A stretch of 64,000 nucleotides of DNA from an uncultured delta proteobacterium. Lineage in GTDB: Bacteria > Myxococcota_A > UBA9160 > SMWR01. The notes below the pieces were generated by a model. The model was not told the origin of the DNA. It searched no databases and worked only from the letters and a program-made list of their open reading frames with translations. How positions within the stretch are numbered: the first letter of the stretch is position 1; each line of letters begins with the position of its first letter. A program made the translations under genes and the position numbers. The stretch lies in the NCBI GenBank assembly GCA_963832165.1, contig CAWHTE010000004.1:640001-704000 (forward strand). Direction: 5' to 3'. This document shows, in pieces, positions 40,786 to 50,410 of the stretch.

Positions 40786-41565
40786 ATGGATCTGGGCATC
40801 GCGGGGCGCCGCGCGATCGTGTGCGGCGGCAGCAAGGGGCTCGGGCGCGGCTGCGCTGCGGCGCTCGCGCGCGAGGGCGTTCACGTCTGGATCGCCGCGC
40901 GGTCGGCCGAGGCGCTCGAACAGACCGCGCGCGAGCTCACGCGCGCAACCGGCTCCGTCGTCGACACCGTGTGCGCCGACGTGGCAACGCCGGAAGGGCG
41001 GGCGGCGATTCTCGCCGCGTGCGCGGACCCCGACATCCTGATCAACAACGCGGGCGGGCCGCCGCCGGGAAACTTTCGCAGCTGGTCGCGCGAGGATTGG
41101 ATCCGCGCGCTCGACACGAACATGCTCTCGGCGATCGAGCTGATCCGCGAGACGCTCGACGGCATGATCGAGCGCCGCTTCGGCCGCGTCGTGAACATCA
41201 CGAGCCACATGGTCAAGTCGCCGGTCGCCTTCCTCGGGCTCTCGAACGGTGCGCGCGCGGGGCTCACGGGCTTCGTGGGCGGTCTCGCACGCGACGTCGC
41301 CGCGCACAACGTCACGCTGAACAACCTGCTTCCGGGCGCGTTCGACACCGACCGGCTGCGCTCGAATCAGGAGAAGCTGGCCGCGGGGCGCAAGGTCGAC
41401 GTCGAGGACGTGCGCGAGCGCATGCGCGAGCAGATCCCGGCGCGGCGCTTCGGAACCCCCGACGAGTTCGGCGCCGCGTGCGCATTCCTGTGCAGCGCGC
41501 ACGCGGGGTACATCACGGGCCAGAACCTGCTGCTCGACGGCGGGCAGTTCCCGGGGCTGCTCTGA
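40786..41565 (+). CDS. SDR oxidoreductase
   Basis: MDLGIAGRRAIVCGGSKGLG, NNAGGPPPG. Confidence 0.9.
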   Translation: MDLGIAGRRAIVCGGSKGLGRGCAAALAREGVHVWIAARSAEALEQTARELTRATGSVVDTVCADVATPEGRAAILAACADPDILINNAGGPPPGNFRSWSREDWIRALDTNMLSAIELIRETLDGMIERRFGRVVNITSHMVKSPVAFLGLSNGARAGLTGFVGGLARDVAAHNVTLNNLLPGAFDTDRLRSNQEKLAAGRKVDVEDVRERMREQIPARRFGTPDEFGAACAFLCSAHAGYITGQNLLLDGGQFPGLL

Positions 41566-42821
41566 GGCTCCCCGACGACGCCGCGCGCGCGATCGCCGAT
41601 CCGCGCTCGTACGCGGAGTGGGACCGCCTGCACGAGACGCTGGCGCAGGTACGGCGCGAGTGGCCGTTCGCACGCGCCGAGCTGCCCGAGTACCCGCCGT
41701 TCTGGGTCGCCTCGCGGCTCGCCGACATCCGCGAGGTCGCGAGCCGGCACCGCGAGTTCCTGTCGGGACAGGGTGGCCTGTTGACGCGCGAGCAGCTCGC
41801 GTCCGAGCGGAGCCGCGGCGCAGGGCAGCTGTTCCGCTCGATCGTGGTGATGAACGAGCCCGAGCACGCGAAGTACCGCGACCTGACCCAGAGCTGGTTC
41901 CAGCGCGCGCCGCTGCGGCGCTTCGAGCCGCAGATTCGCGAGCTCGCGCGCCGGCACGTCGAGCGGCTCGCCGCGCTCGGCGGCGAGTGCGATTTCGCCC
42001 AGGAGATCGCGGCGCACTATCCGCTGCTGGTCGTGCTCGCGATCCTGGGCGTGCCCGAGGAAGACGAGCCGTTCATCCTGCGCCTCACGCGCGAGTACTT
42101 CGGAAACGCCGACGACGAGCTGAACCGCGGCCAGGTGAAGCGCTCGCCGGTCGAGGCGATCGCGTCGACGCGCGCCGTGATCGAGGAGGCCACGAAGTAC
42201 TTTGCCGAGCTCTCGGCGCAGCGCCGGCGCGCGCCGCGCGACGACCTCGCGTCGGTGGTCGCGAACAGCCGGATCGACGGCGAGCCCGTCTCCGACGTCG
42301 ATGCGATGGGCTACTTCGTCACGGTCGCGTTCGCGGGACACGACACCACGTCGTCCTCGGTCACGGGCGCGATCTGGGCGCTCGCCGAGCGGACCGATCA
42401 GCTCGCGCGCGTGCAGCGCGATCTCGCGCTGGTGCCGAGCCTCGTCGAGGAGGCCGTGCGCTGGACGACGCCGATCCACATGTTCGTGCGCCGGGCCGCG
42501 GTCGATGCGGAGGTCGCGGGCCAGCGCGTGGCGAAGGGCGAGCGCGTGGTGCTGTGCTTCCCGTCGGGCAATCGCGACGAGGAGGTGTTCCCGGACCCGT
42601 TCGAGTTCCGGGCCGATCGCCAGCCCAATCGCCACGTCGGGTTCGGGTTCGGCGCCCACGCGTGCCTGGGCGTGCACCTCGCGCGGATCGAGATGGGGAT
42701 CCTGTTCGAGGAGCTGCTGCCGCGGATCGCGTCGCTCGAGCTCGCGGGCGAGCCCAGGCGCACCGTGACGAACTTCGTCGGGGGTCCCAAGTCGCTGCCC
42801 GTGCGCGTGCGCCTGCGCTGA
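41562..42821 (+). CDS. Cytochrome P450 (start uncertain, possibly CTG)
   Basis: AGHDTT, EEAVRW, SGNRDE, heme motif FGFGAHACLG. Confidence 0.9.
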   Translation: MRLPDDAARAIADPRSYAEWDRLHETLAQVRREWPFARAELPEYPPFWVASRLADIREVASRHREFLSGQGGLLTREQLASERSRGAGQLFRSIVVMNEPEHAKYRDLTQSWFQRAPLRRFEPQIRELARRHVERLAALGGECDFAQEIAAHYPLLVVLAILGVPEEDEPFILRLTREYFGNADDELNRGQVKRSPVEAIASTRAVIEEATKYFAELSAQRRRAPRDDLASVVANSRIDGEPVSDVDAMGYFVTVAFAGHDTTSSSVTGAIWALAERTDQLARVQRDLALVPSLVEEAVRWTTPIHMFVRRAAVDAEVAGQRVAKGERVVLCFPSGNRDEEVFPDPFEFRADRQPNRHVGFGFGAHACLGVHLARIEMGILFEELLPRIASLELAGEPRRTVTNFVGGPKSLPVRVRLR

Positions 42822-42860
42822 TCGCGCCCGCTACTCTGCGCGCAGGAGGGAAGCGTCCCC

Positions 42861-43865
42861 GTGCAATACGTCACTCTCGGCTCCACCGGCATGAAGGTGT
42901 CGCGGCTGTGCCTGGGCTGCATGAGCTACGGCACGCCTTCGTGGCGGCCCTGGGTGCTCGACGAGGCCGCGTCCGCGCCGTTCTACCGCCGCGCGGTCGA
43001 GGCCGGGATCAACTTCTTCGACACCGCGGACATGTACTCGCTCGGCGAGAGCGAGGTGGTGACGGGCCGCATGTTGCGCGAGTACGCGGTCCGCGACGAG
43101 GTCGTGATCGCCACCAAGGTGTTCTTTCCGCACAACGACCGGCCGAACATGGGCGGGCTCTCGCGCAAGCACATCCAGCAGGCGTGCGAGGCGAGCCTGC
43201 GCCGGCTCGGCGTCGAGGCGATCGACCTCTATCAGATCCACCGGCTCGATCCCCACACGCCGATCGAGGAGACGCTGCGCGCGCTCGATGATCTCGTGCG
43301 CCAGGGCAAGGTGCGCGCGATCGGCGCGAGCTCGATGTACGCGTGGGAGCTCGGGCGTGCGCTCGCGATCTCCGATCGCGACGGTCTCGCGCGCTTCGCG
43401 ACCATGCAGAATCACTACAACCTCGTGTACCGCGAGGAAGAGCGCGAGATGATGCCGCTGTGCGAGTTCGAGGGGATCGCGGTGATGCCGTGGTCGCCGC
43501 TCGCGCGAGGTCTGCTCGCGGGCACGCGCCAGAAGCTCGGCGACGACTCGACGACGCGTTCCGCGAGCGACGGTCTCGACCAGTATCTCTACGACCAGCC
43601 GACCGACTGGGACGTCGTGGAGGCGGTCCGTTCCGTGGCCAAGCAGCGCGGCGTACCGCCCGCCCAGATCGCGCTCGCGTGGCTCGCCTCGCGGCCCGCC
43701 GTGGTCGCGCCGATTCTCGGCGCGACGAAGCTCGCCCACCTCGAAGACGGCCTCTGCGCGCTCGACATCGATCTCGAGCCCGCGGAGGTCGCGGCGCTCG
43801 AATCGCCGTACCGGCCGCATCCCGTGAAGGGGATCGCGCCGAAGTCGAGCATGCGGCGGCGATAG
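42861..43865 (+). CDS. Aldo/keto reductase
   Basis: LCLGCMSYG, FFDTADMYS, IDLYQIHR, PWSPLARG. Confidence 0.92.
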   Translation: MQYVTLGSTGMKVSRLCLGCMSYGTPSWRPWVLDEAASAPFYRRAVEAGINFFDTADMYSLGESEVVTGRMLREYAVRDEVVIATKVFFPHNDRPNMGGLSRKHIQQACEASLRRLGVEAIDLYQIHRLDPHTPIEETLRALDDLVRQGKVRAIGASSMYAWELGRALAISDRDGLARFATMQNHYNLVYREEEREMMPLCEFEGIAVMPWSPLARGLLAGTRQKLGDDSTTRSASDGLDQYLYDQPTDWDVVEAVRSVAKQRGVPPAQIALAWLASRPAVVAPILGATKLAHLEDGLCALDIDLEPAEVAALESPYRPHPVKGIAPKSSMRRR

Positions 43866-43872
43866 GACCACG

Positions 43873-45072
43873 GTGAAGCCGGCCTGGCTGCGCTCCTTCG
43901 CGAACGGGGTGCTCGCGCTCTCTGCGGCCGACGCCGTGGTGTCGGCGATCGACGAGGTGATCCGCGCCGCCACGGGATGGCACGGGCTCGCGATCCCGCG
44001 CAGCGCGATCGCGCAGCTCGCGCTGCTGGGGCTCGCCGCGAGCGTGCCGCTGATGCTCGCGACGCCGCGCCTGCCCGTTGCGGTGTTCCTGCCGCTCACG
44101 GCCGTGACCTTCTGGCTCACGCTCGGCGCAGCGCCACTCGGGCTCTGGATCGGATCGCCCGCGCTGCTCGCGGCGACGGGGTGCGCACTCCAGCTCGCGG
44201 CCGTGGCGCTCGCCTTCGCGCTGGTCCGCGCGCGAAACGGCGGGCGCGGCAGCTGGTTCACGGACGTGGGACCCGAACAGCCCGCGTTCGCGTGGCGCCA
44301 CACGCTCGCGTTCGGCGCCGCGCTCGCTCTGCTGGGCCCGGTCGTGACGGTCGGCTACGCCGCGCTCGCGCTCGCCACGTATGCCCAGGATGCCACGAAC
44401 GGCTTCATCCAGTTCGGTCTCGCGGGTGTCTCGCTCGCCGACCGCCACTACGAGCGCGACGGCCGCGAGATCCGGCTCGTCGGCATGATGCACATCGGCG
44501 ATGCCGAGAGGTACCGCTCGCTGATCCGCTCCTTTTCGCGCGAGTCGACGATCGTGCTCGCGGAAGGCGTCTCCGACCGCGAGGCGCGTCTCGGTAGCTC
44601 ACTGCACTACGGTCGCGCTGCGGAGGCGATCGGGCTCGCTCCCCAGCAGGATCTGACCGCCTATCTCGTCGACGACCCGGGGGCCGAGCCGCCGAAGTGG
44701 CCCGTCGTGCGTTATGCCGATGTCGACATGAGCGAGTTCTCGCCGGCGACGATCGCGTGCATCCAATGGGCGAGCCGGGTCTGGGAGGCCGAGGACCTGC
44801 GCAGCGCGCTGCTCGTGCTCGCGCGCGGCGTGCGCGAGCAGGATCCGGACGATCTCGCGACGTTCGAGGCCGAGGTGCTCGGGATGCGCAACGAACATCT
44901 CGTGGGCGAGATCGAGCACGCGCTCGAGGAGTATCAGCGCGTCGTCGTGCCCTGGGGTGCGCTGCATCTGCCTGCGATCGAGGAGGCCGTGCTGTCGTGG
45001 GGCTTCGCGGAGACCTCGCGCGAGCTGCACCCGCTCTTCGAGTGGCGCACGGTGGCCGCTGCGCTGTTCTGA
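43873..45072 (+). CDS. Membrane protein with C-terminal TraB/GumN-like domain
   Basis: Several N-terminal TM helices; LVGMMHIG, LAEGV, RN, PWGALH. Confidence 0.6.
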   Translation: MKPAWLRSFANGVLALSAADAVVSAIDEVIRAATGWHGLAIPRSAIAQLALLGLAASVPLMLATPRLPVAVFLPLTAVTFWLTLGAAPLGLWIGSPALLAATGCALQLAAVALAFALVRARNGGRGSWFTDVGPEQPAFAWRHTLAFGAALALLGPVVTVGYAALALATYAQDATNGFIQFGLAGVSLADRHYERDGREIRLVGMMHIGDAERYRSLIRSFSRESTIVLAEGVSDREARLGSSLHYGRAAEAIGLAPQQDLTAYLVDDPGAEPPKWPVVRYADVDMSEFSPATIACIQWASRVWEAEDLRSALLVLARGVREQDPDDLATFEAEVLGMRNEHLVGEIEHALEEYQRVVVPWGALHLPAIEEAVLSWGFAETSRELHPLFEWRTVAAALF

Positions 45073-45076
45073 ATTC

Positions 45077-45208
45077 GTAGGGCGGGAGGAGCCGCAGGCG
45101 GATCCCGCCATCGCGACGTTCCGCTCCCCTGGCATGGCGGGATCCGTCCGCCTGCGCATCTCCGACACCATCGCGAATGGCCGGGGAGGGGGGCTTCTCC
45201 CGCCCTAC
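45077..45208. repeat. REPIN-like element (two inverted GTAG-type REPs)
   Basis: Ends GTAGGGCGGGAGGAGCC and GGCTTCTCCCGCCCTAC; inner GGATCCCGCCAT/ATGGCGGGATCC inverted repeat; between convergent genes. Confidence 0.8.
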
Positions 45209-45214
45209 GAAGGA

Positions 45215-46717
45215 TCAGGCGCCGCGCTCGATCTTGACGACGAAGGCGTGCTCGCTCGTCGTTGCGAGGGATTGAGTGCCGCCGGCGGGCATGGTGATCA
45301 CGAGCTGACCGAGAAGGTTCCGCTTGTACGCGAGCGGTGCGCCGTTTCCGCCGAGCAGCGTCATGCGCGCGCCCTTCGGCACCGGGATCGGCAGCGTCAC
45401 CGTCATCTGCTTGCCCGGCCAGGCCGTCGACGTCACGTAGAAGACGTCACCCTTCGTGGTGAAGCGCAGGTTGAACTCTTCGGCGAAGGTCCAGGGCCGG
45501 GTGCCGTAGATCGCCTCGCCGTTGAGGGCGAGCCAGCGGCCGACGCCCCGCAGGCGCTCGGCCTGGGCTTCGGGCACGGTGCCGTCGGCCTTCGGGCCGA
45601 TGTTCAGCAGGAAGTTCCCGTTCTTCGACACGATGTCGACGAGCGAATCGACGATCTCGTTCGTCGTGAGCCAGTCCGCCTCGGTCTCCTGCTCGGTGTA
45701 GCCGAACGAGCTGCCGAAGCCGCGGGTCGCCTCCCACTTGCGCGCCTGCAGCAGGTTGACCGGCAGATACTCCTTCGTCTGGAAGTCGAAATGGGTGGTG
45801 TCGGTCGGAGCGTCGAGCACGAAATCGCCGCAGCGGTCGTTGACGACGACGCCTTCCGGGTTCGCGGTGGTCGCATGGTTGTAGTACTCGGCGATCCACT
45901 CGTTCGAGCGGTAGTACTGCTGGTTGCCGCCGATGTCGCACCAGAGGACGTACGGGCTGTACTGGTGGATCAGCTCGCGGATCTGCGGGATCACGTGATC
46001 GGTCGCGTAGTCGGCGATCGGCTTGTAGCCGGTGTAGGGCGCCGGCGTGCCCGTGTATGCGTTCTTGGCCTTGCCGCGGAACGCGAGCAGCTCGATCGCC
46101 GCCGTCAGCGGACTCGTCGACAGGCTCGGGTTCGGCGCAGGATTGAAGAACTCGGGGATCGAGTAGTAGAGGCCGGGCTTCACGACATCGCCGCGAGCGT
46201 GCGAGGCGTCCATGAGCTCGCCGACGAAGTTGCGCCCGGGGCCGTAGTTCACCGTGTGGCGGTCGGTCGTCGCGGTCGGAAACAGCGCGAGCCCGTCATG
46301 GTGCTTCGTGACGAAGACGAAGTAGCGCGCGCCGGCATCCTCGAAGAGGTCGATCCACTCGTTGGCGTCGAAGTTCTCCGCCTGCCATTGCGGAATGAAG
46401 TCGTCGTAGAGGACGTTCGGACCGTAGGTCGAGAGATGGTGCGACCAGGCCGGAGACAACTTCTGCTGCTGGAAGAACCAGTACCACTCGGCGTAGCCGA
46501 TCACCGGTACGCCCTTGGTCGCATAGGCGGGAATCGCCGCGGCGGTCCAGTGGATGAAGATTCCGAACTTGCCGTCCTGGTACCACGCGGGGACCGGATG
46601 CGTTCGCAGCGACGCAAGCGTCGGCTGATACACCGGATCCGCCGCCGCGGTCGCGCCGGTGAGTCCGGCGGCGAAGAGCCAGGACACGAGCAGCGCAACA
46701 CCGATCCGGTTCGTCAT
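45215..46717 (-). CDS. Alpha-L-fucosidase (GH29)
   Basis: Signal peptide; KFGIFIHW, TKHHDG, LWCD, VVNDR, SKNGNFLLNIGPKADG, NGEAIYGTRPW. Confidence 0.93.
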   Translation of the reverse strand: MTNRIGVALLVSWLFAAGLTGATAAADPVYQPTLASLRTHPVPAWYQDGKFGIFIHWTAAAIPAYATKGVPVIGYAEWYWFFQQQKLSPAWSHHLSTYGPNVLYDDFIPQWQAENFDANEWIDLFEDAGARYFVFVTKHHDGLALFPTATTDRHTVNYGPGRNFVGELMDASHARGDVVKPGLYYSIPEFFNPAPNPSLSTSPLTAAIELLAFRGKAKNAYTGTPAPYTGYKPIADYATDHVIPQIRELIHQYSPYVLWCDIGGNQQYYRSNEWIAEYYNHATTANPEGVVVNDRCGDFVLDAPTDTTHFDFQTKEYLPVNLLQARKWEATRGFGSSFGYTEQETEADWLTTNEIVDSLVDIVSKNGNFLLNIGPKADGTVPEAQAERLRGVGRWLALNGEAIYGTRPWTFAEEFNLRFTTKGDVFYVTSTAWPGKQMTVTLPIPVPKGARMTLLGGNGAPLAYKRNLLGQLVITMPAGGTQSLATTSEHAFVVKIERGA

Positions 46718-46782
46718 GAGGCCTCCGCCGGGCGCAGCATACGCGAAGCGGGCCGCCCGACGGAGCTAGTTCGCTGAGCTAA

Positions 46783-48351
46783 CTAAGACTCGCCGATCAC
46801 GCCGCCGTCGCGCAGGCGGTGCTTCTGCACCTTGCCCAGCGCGTTGCGCGGCAGCACCTCGACCGCATGCAGCAGGCGCGGCTGCTTGTAGGGCGCGAGC
46901 CGGTCCGCGAGGAACGCGCGCAGCTCGGCGAGATCGGGCGGAGCAGGGCCCTCGACGTAGGCCGTCACCACCTCGCCCCATTCCGGCGACGGCGTCCCGA
47001 CCACCGCGGCGTCCGCGATCGCGGGATGCGCGCGCAGCGCGTCCTCGACCTCGCGCGGGTACACGTTGTAGCCGCCGCTGATGATGAGCTCCTTCGCGCG
47101 GCCCGTGATCCGCAGATAGCCGGCCGGATCGAGCTCGCCGAGATCGCCCGTGCGGAACCAGCCGTCGGGTGTGAACGCCTCCGCGTTGGCGTCGGGACGC
47201 TCCCAGTAGCCCGCGAACACGTTCGGGCCGCGCACCTCGATCTGCGCGGGTGAGCCAGCCCGATGGTCTTCGCTCGCCTTCGGCTCGCTGCGCGCAACTT
47301 GCGTTAGTCGCACCTCGACGCCGGGCAGCGGCAGCCCGACCGTGCCGGGCCGGCGCTCGCCGTCGACGGGGTTCGACACCAGCATCACGGTCTCGGTCAT
47401 GCCGTAGCGCTCGAGTATGCGCTGGCCGCACGCGCGCTCGAACTCCGCGTGTTGGTCCGCGGGCAGTGCGGCCGAGCCCGACACGCACAGGCGCAGCGCG
47501 CGCAGCGCGTGCGCGTTCCCGGATGCGAGGATCCGGTGGTACATCGTGGGCACGCCGAAGAAGAGCGTTGCACGCGCGCGCGCGATCGCGCTCGCAACCG
47601 CATCCGGGTCGAATTGCGGCAGGAGCCACGCCGACGCGCCCGCATGGAGCGTGCCGTGCAGGCCCACGCCGAGCCCGTGCATGTGGAAGAGCGGCAGCGC
47701 GAGCACGAGGCGATCGTCGGCGGTCCAGCGCCACGCGATCCGCAGCGACTCGGCGCTCGCGAGCAGGTTCGCGTGCGAGAGCACGGCGCCCTTCGGGCGG
47801 CCCGTCGTGCCGGACGTGTAGCCGATCAGCGCGGGCGCATCGGGCGCGGCGGCGTCGAGCGCAGGCGGCTCCGCGTCGGGAAACGCGAGTGCGGGCGTCG
47901 TGCACAGCAGTGCGCGATCGGCCGCGCGCAGCGCGTCGATGCGCGCGGGATCGTCCGCGATCGCGGCGCGCGGGCGCGCATCGCCCACGAGGTGGGCGAG
48001 CTCGGCCGCGCGATAGGCGGTGTTCGCGGGCACCACGACGAGCCCGAGGCGCAGACACGCGACGTGCGCCACGACGAGATCGAGCGACGCCGCGGCCGAA
48101 ACGAGCACGCGGTCGCCCGCGCGCAGACCCGCGCCGTGGAGGCGGCCGGCCGCGCGCCGGCTCGCCGCGTCGAGCGCGCCGTAGCTCTGCTCGTCGCCGC
48201 GCTCGTCGCAGAGCGCCACGCGGTCGCTCGCGCGCGCGAAGTGACGCGCCCAGCTGCGCGGCAGCGTTCCGGCGCCGCCCGCGGTGGGATCGAATGCGGT
48301 GCCATCTTCGTAGGGCGGATTAGCGCGAAGGGCGTAATCCGCCAAATCCAA
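46783..48351 (-). CDS. Acyl-CoA synthetase (MatB/malonyl-CoA synthetase-like)
   Basis: YTSGTTGRPKG, LPLFHMHGL, ERYGMTE, WFRTGD, PRNALGKVQK. Confidence 0.92.
   Translation of the reverse strand: MDLADYALRANPPYEDGTAFDPTAGGAGTLPRSWARHFARASDRVALCDERGDEQSYGALDAASRRAAGRLHGAGLRAGDRVLVSAAASLDLVVAHVACLRLGLVVVPANTAYRAAELAHLVGDARPRAAIADDPARIDALRAADRALLCTTPALAFPDAEPPALDAAAPDAPALIGYTSGTTGRPKGAVLSHANLLASAESLRIAWRWTADDRLVLALPLFHMHGLGVGLHGTLHAGASAWLLPQFDPDAVASAIARARATLFFGVPTMYHRILASGNAHALRALRLCVSGSAALPADQHAEFERACGQRILERYGMTETVMLVSNPVDGERRPGTVGLPLPGVEVRLTQVARSEPKASEDHRAGSPAQIEVRGPNVFAGYWERPDANAEAFTPDGWFRTGDLGELDPAGYLRITGRAKELIISGGYNVYPREVEDALRAHPAIADAAVVGTPSPEWGEVVTAYVEGPAPPDLAELRAFLADRLAPYKQPRLLHAVEVLPRNALGKVQKHRLRDGGVIGES
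47261..47303 (-). repeat. Intragenic ~40-bp repeat, copy 2
   Basis: CGCAAGTTGCGCGCAGCGAGCCGAAGGCGAGCGAAGACCATCG, read as QVARSEPKASEDHR. Confidence 0.9.
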
Positions 48352-48354
48352 CCG

Positions 48355-49581
48355 TCACGACTCCTCGGCCACTCCGAAATGATCGCAGTAGAACGCGAAG
48401 CGCCGGCGCTCGACGAGCGGGTCGAGCCCCATCTCCTCGAGCGAGTAGTGGTGCACGCCGTGCGCGCCCTGCGGCTTGCGCGCCACGTAGTCGACCACCG
48501 TCTGGCGCAGCGTGGGCGCCATGCGCCAGCCGAGCGCCGCGTAGATCCGCTCGACCGTGCCGCCCGGATCGGCGACCAGATCGGCATAGCGCACGTCGAC
48601 GAAGCGCTCGTCGGGGAGCTCGCCGTGCGCGCGCTGCTCGATCTGGCGCCGGTAGATGGTGGCGTAGCCCGCGGCCGTCGCCTCGGCGCCCGCTGCGGGA
48701 TCGGACACCTCGCAGCGCATCCACTTGAGCGTGCCCATCAGCGAGAGCGAGGAGGGGATCGTCTTGAGCGGATCGCGGTGGGTCTGGATGATGTGCGCCT
48801 CGGGGTAGACCGCGAATAGCGCCCGCAGCTGGAAGAGATGGCTCGGCGCCTTGAGCAGCCAGCGTTCAGCGCGCGCGCGCTGCTGCAGCGTCTGCAGGAC
48901 GCGCCGGTGATAGCGGTAGGCGGGGCGCTGATCGGCCTTGGCGAGGTAGGTCTGATAGGTGGGGACGTGGTGGCAGCCGCCCCACTGATCCGACAGGAAC
49001 TCGTTCATCGTGATGAAGATGCACTCGTTCGGGAGGTCGCCCGCGTTGGCATGCATCGCCTCGTACTCGGGCTGGAGGTCGTGCCAGAACGTGGTCTCGG
49101 CATCGCCCACGGCGCGCAGCGCGTCGTTCGCGAGCGCCTCGACCGGATGCAGCATCTCCCACATCACGGGCGCGCGATGCGCGGGGTCGAGCGCGAGCAG
49201 CTCGTGCAGGATCGAGGTTCCCGAGCGCGGGCTCCCGACCACGAACACGGGTGGGTGGATCGGATCGCGCAGGATCTCGGGCCGGCGACCCCACAGCTCC
49301 GCGAGCTGGAGCCGGTTGCGCAGCGTGCGCAGGATCTCCGCGCGCGCGAGCAGGCGGCCCGCGAGGTGCAGGTGTGCCTCGCGCTCGAGCGCCGCCACGA
49401 GCACGTCGAAGTGCGCGCGCCACTCGTCGCCGCCGAAGTCGTCGAGACCCGTGTCGCGGCGCGCCGTGGTGATCAGCTCGTCCGGATCGAGCGACACGAG
49501 TGCCTTCGCGCCGCCCGCCGCGGGTCCGTGCGCGTTCAGGCGCTGCATCCAGCGCGGTCGCTGCGGCGGCTTCCAGGGCAT
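48355..49581 (-). CDS. Sulfotransferase family protein
   Basis: PAPS-binding VVGSPRSGTSILHELL; WLLKAPSH; IQTHRDP. Confidence 0.9.
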   Translation of the reverse strand: MPWKPPQRPRWMQRLNAHGPAAGGAKALVSLDPDELITTARRDTGLDDFGGDEWRAHFDVLVAALEREAHLHLAGRLLARAEILRTLRNRLQLAELWGRRPEILRDPIHPPVFVVGSPRSGTSILHELLALDPAHRAPVMWEMLHPVEALANDALRAVGDAETTFWHDLQPEYEAMHANAGDLPNECIFITMNEFLSDQWGGCHHVPTYQTYLAKADQRPAYRYHRRVLQTLQQRARAERWLLKAPSHLFQLRALFAVYPEAHIIQTHRDPLKTIPSSLSLMGTLKWMRCEVSDPAAGAEATAAGYATIYRRQIEQRAHGELPDERFVDVRYADLVADPGGTVERIYAALGWRMAPTLRQTVVDYVARKPQGAHGVHHYSLEEMGLDPLVERRRFAFYCDHFGVAEES

Positions 49582-49604
49582 CCGATCTCTCGCGCTAGCG
49601 CGGA

Positions 49605-49991
49605 TTACTTGAGGAGCTGAACCAGGATCAGAGTTGCCAGCGACCGCCACGAAGAACGCCGCCGTGCGCAGGTAGGGCACGCGCGATGTAGATGAACGTA
49701 TAGCGAGCCGACCCCAGAAGAATAGGGTGGCTCCGAGCGCGGTTGCCCCGTTGGCCTTGCCCGCAACATGGGCGACGAGCACCAGAATCGCGAAGAAAGC
49801 CAGATTCTCGGTCGTGTTGGCATGCGACCGGATCGCTCTGGAAACCCAGGGGCCACGTCGAGGCCCGTATCGCGATTGCCAAACGCCCACGCCACGCCGC
49901 CCGGAACACGAGAGCGACCGACGAGATAGATCAGGGGAATCAGCGCCGACCACAAGCCCGTGGCTACGAGCATCCAGAGATCAGTTGTCAT
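49605..49991 (-). pseudogene. MAPEG family membrane protein with several frameshifts (decay or sequencing error)
   Basis: Fragments AWAFGNRD, RAIRSHANTTENLAFFA and VPYLRT lie in different frames. Confidence 0.7.
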
Positions 49992-50122
49992 GATGCCTCC
50001 CTAGCAAGATCGGACCGCTTCGCGTCACCGCGCGACCTGGGCGCGGGGAGCTCAACGATAGCCACTCAGGCCGGAACTCGGCCTGGACGCAAAGGCGAGG
50101 TAGGAGCCGCAGCGGTGAGTGA

Positions 50123-50386
50123 TCACGCAAGCAGCGCATCGTGCCATTCTCGGATCGAATAGGACTTGACGAGGCCCTCGAGGGCAAAGGGGTCCTGGCT
50201 GACAAACGCCTCGGCTGCTTCCCGCGTCCGGAAGATCGCCATGTTGCCGCGGTTCTCGAACGGGCCGATGCCGATGACGTCCCCGCGCGCGATGAACTGA
50301 TCGACCAGCTCCTTGTGGCGCGGGTAGACCGCCATGATCTGGTCCATCGTCGCACCCGAGGGTTCACCGATCACGACGAATTTCAT
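50123..50386 (-). CDS. YciI family protein
   Basis: H..GPF..G.MAIF..AEAFVSQDPFALEGLV; GGAGG RBS. Confidence 0.82.
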   Translation of the reverse strand: MKFVVIGEPSGATMDQIMAVYPRHKELVDQFIARGDVIGIGPFENRGNMAIFRTREAAEAFVSQDPFALEGLVKSYSIREWHDALLA

Positions 50387-50410
50387 GGCTGTCCTCCACG
50401 TGGGCTGACG

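Noticed and set aside
40353..42821. 822-aa P450 fusion protein
   Set aside because: The N-terminal half is an off-frame reading of the dioxygenase beta and SDR genes; only the part from ~41562 is P450.
50060..50122. Hairpin CAGGCCG-GAACT-CGGCCTG as an attC site or terminator
   Set aside because: It has no RYYYAAC/GTTRRRY cores and no U-tract; too weak to call.
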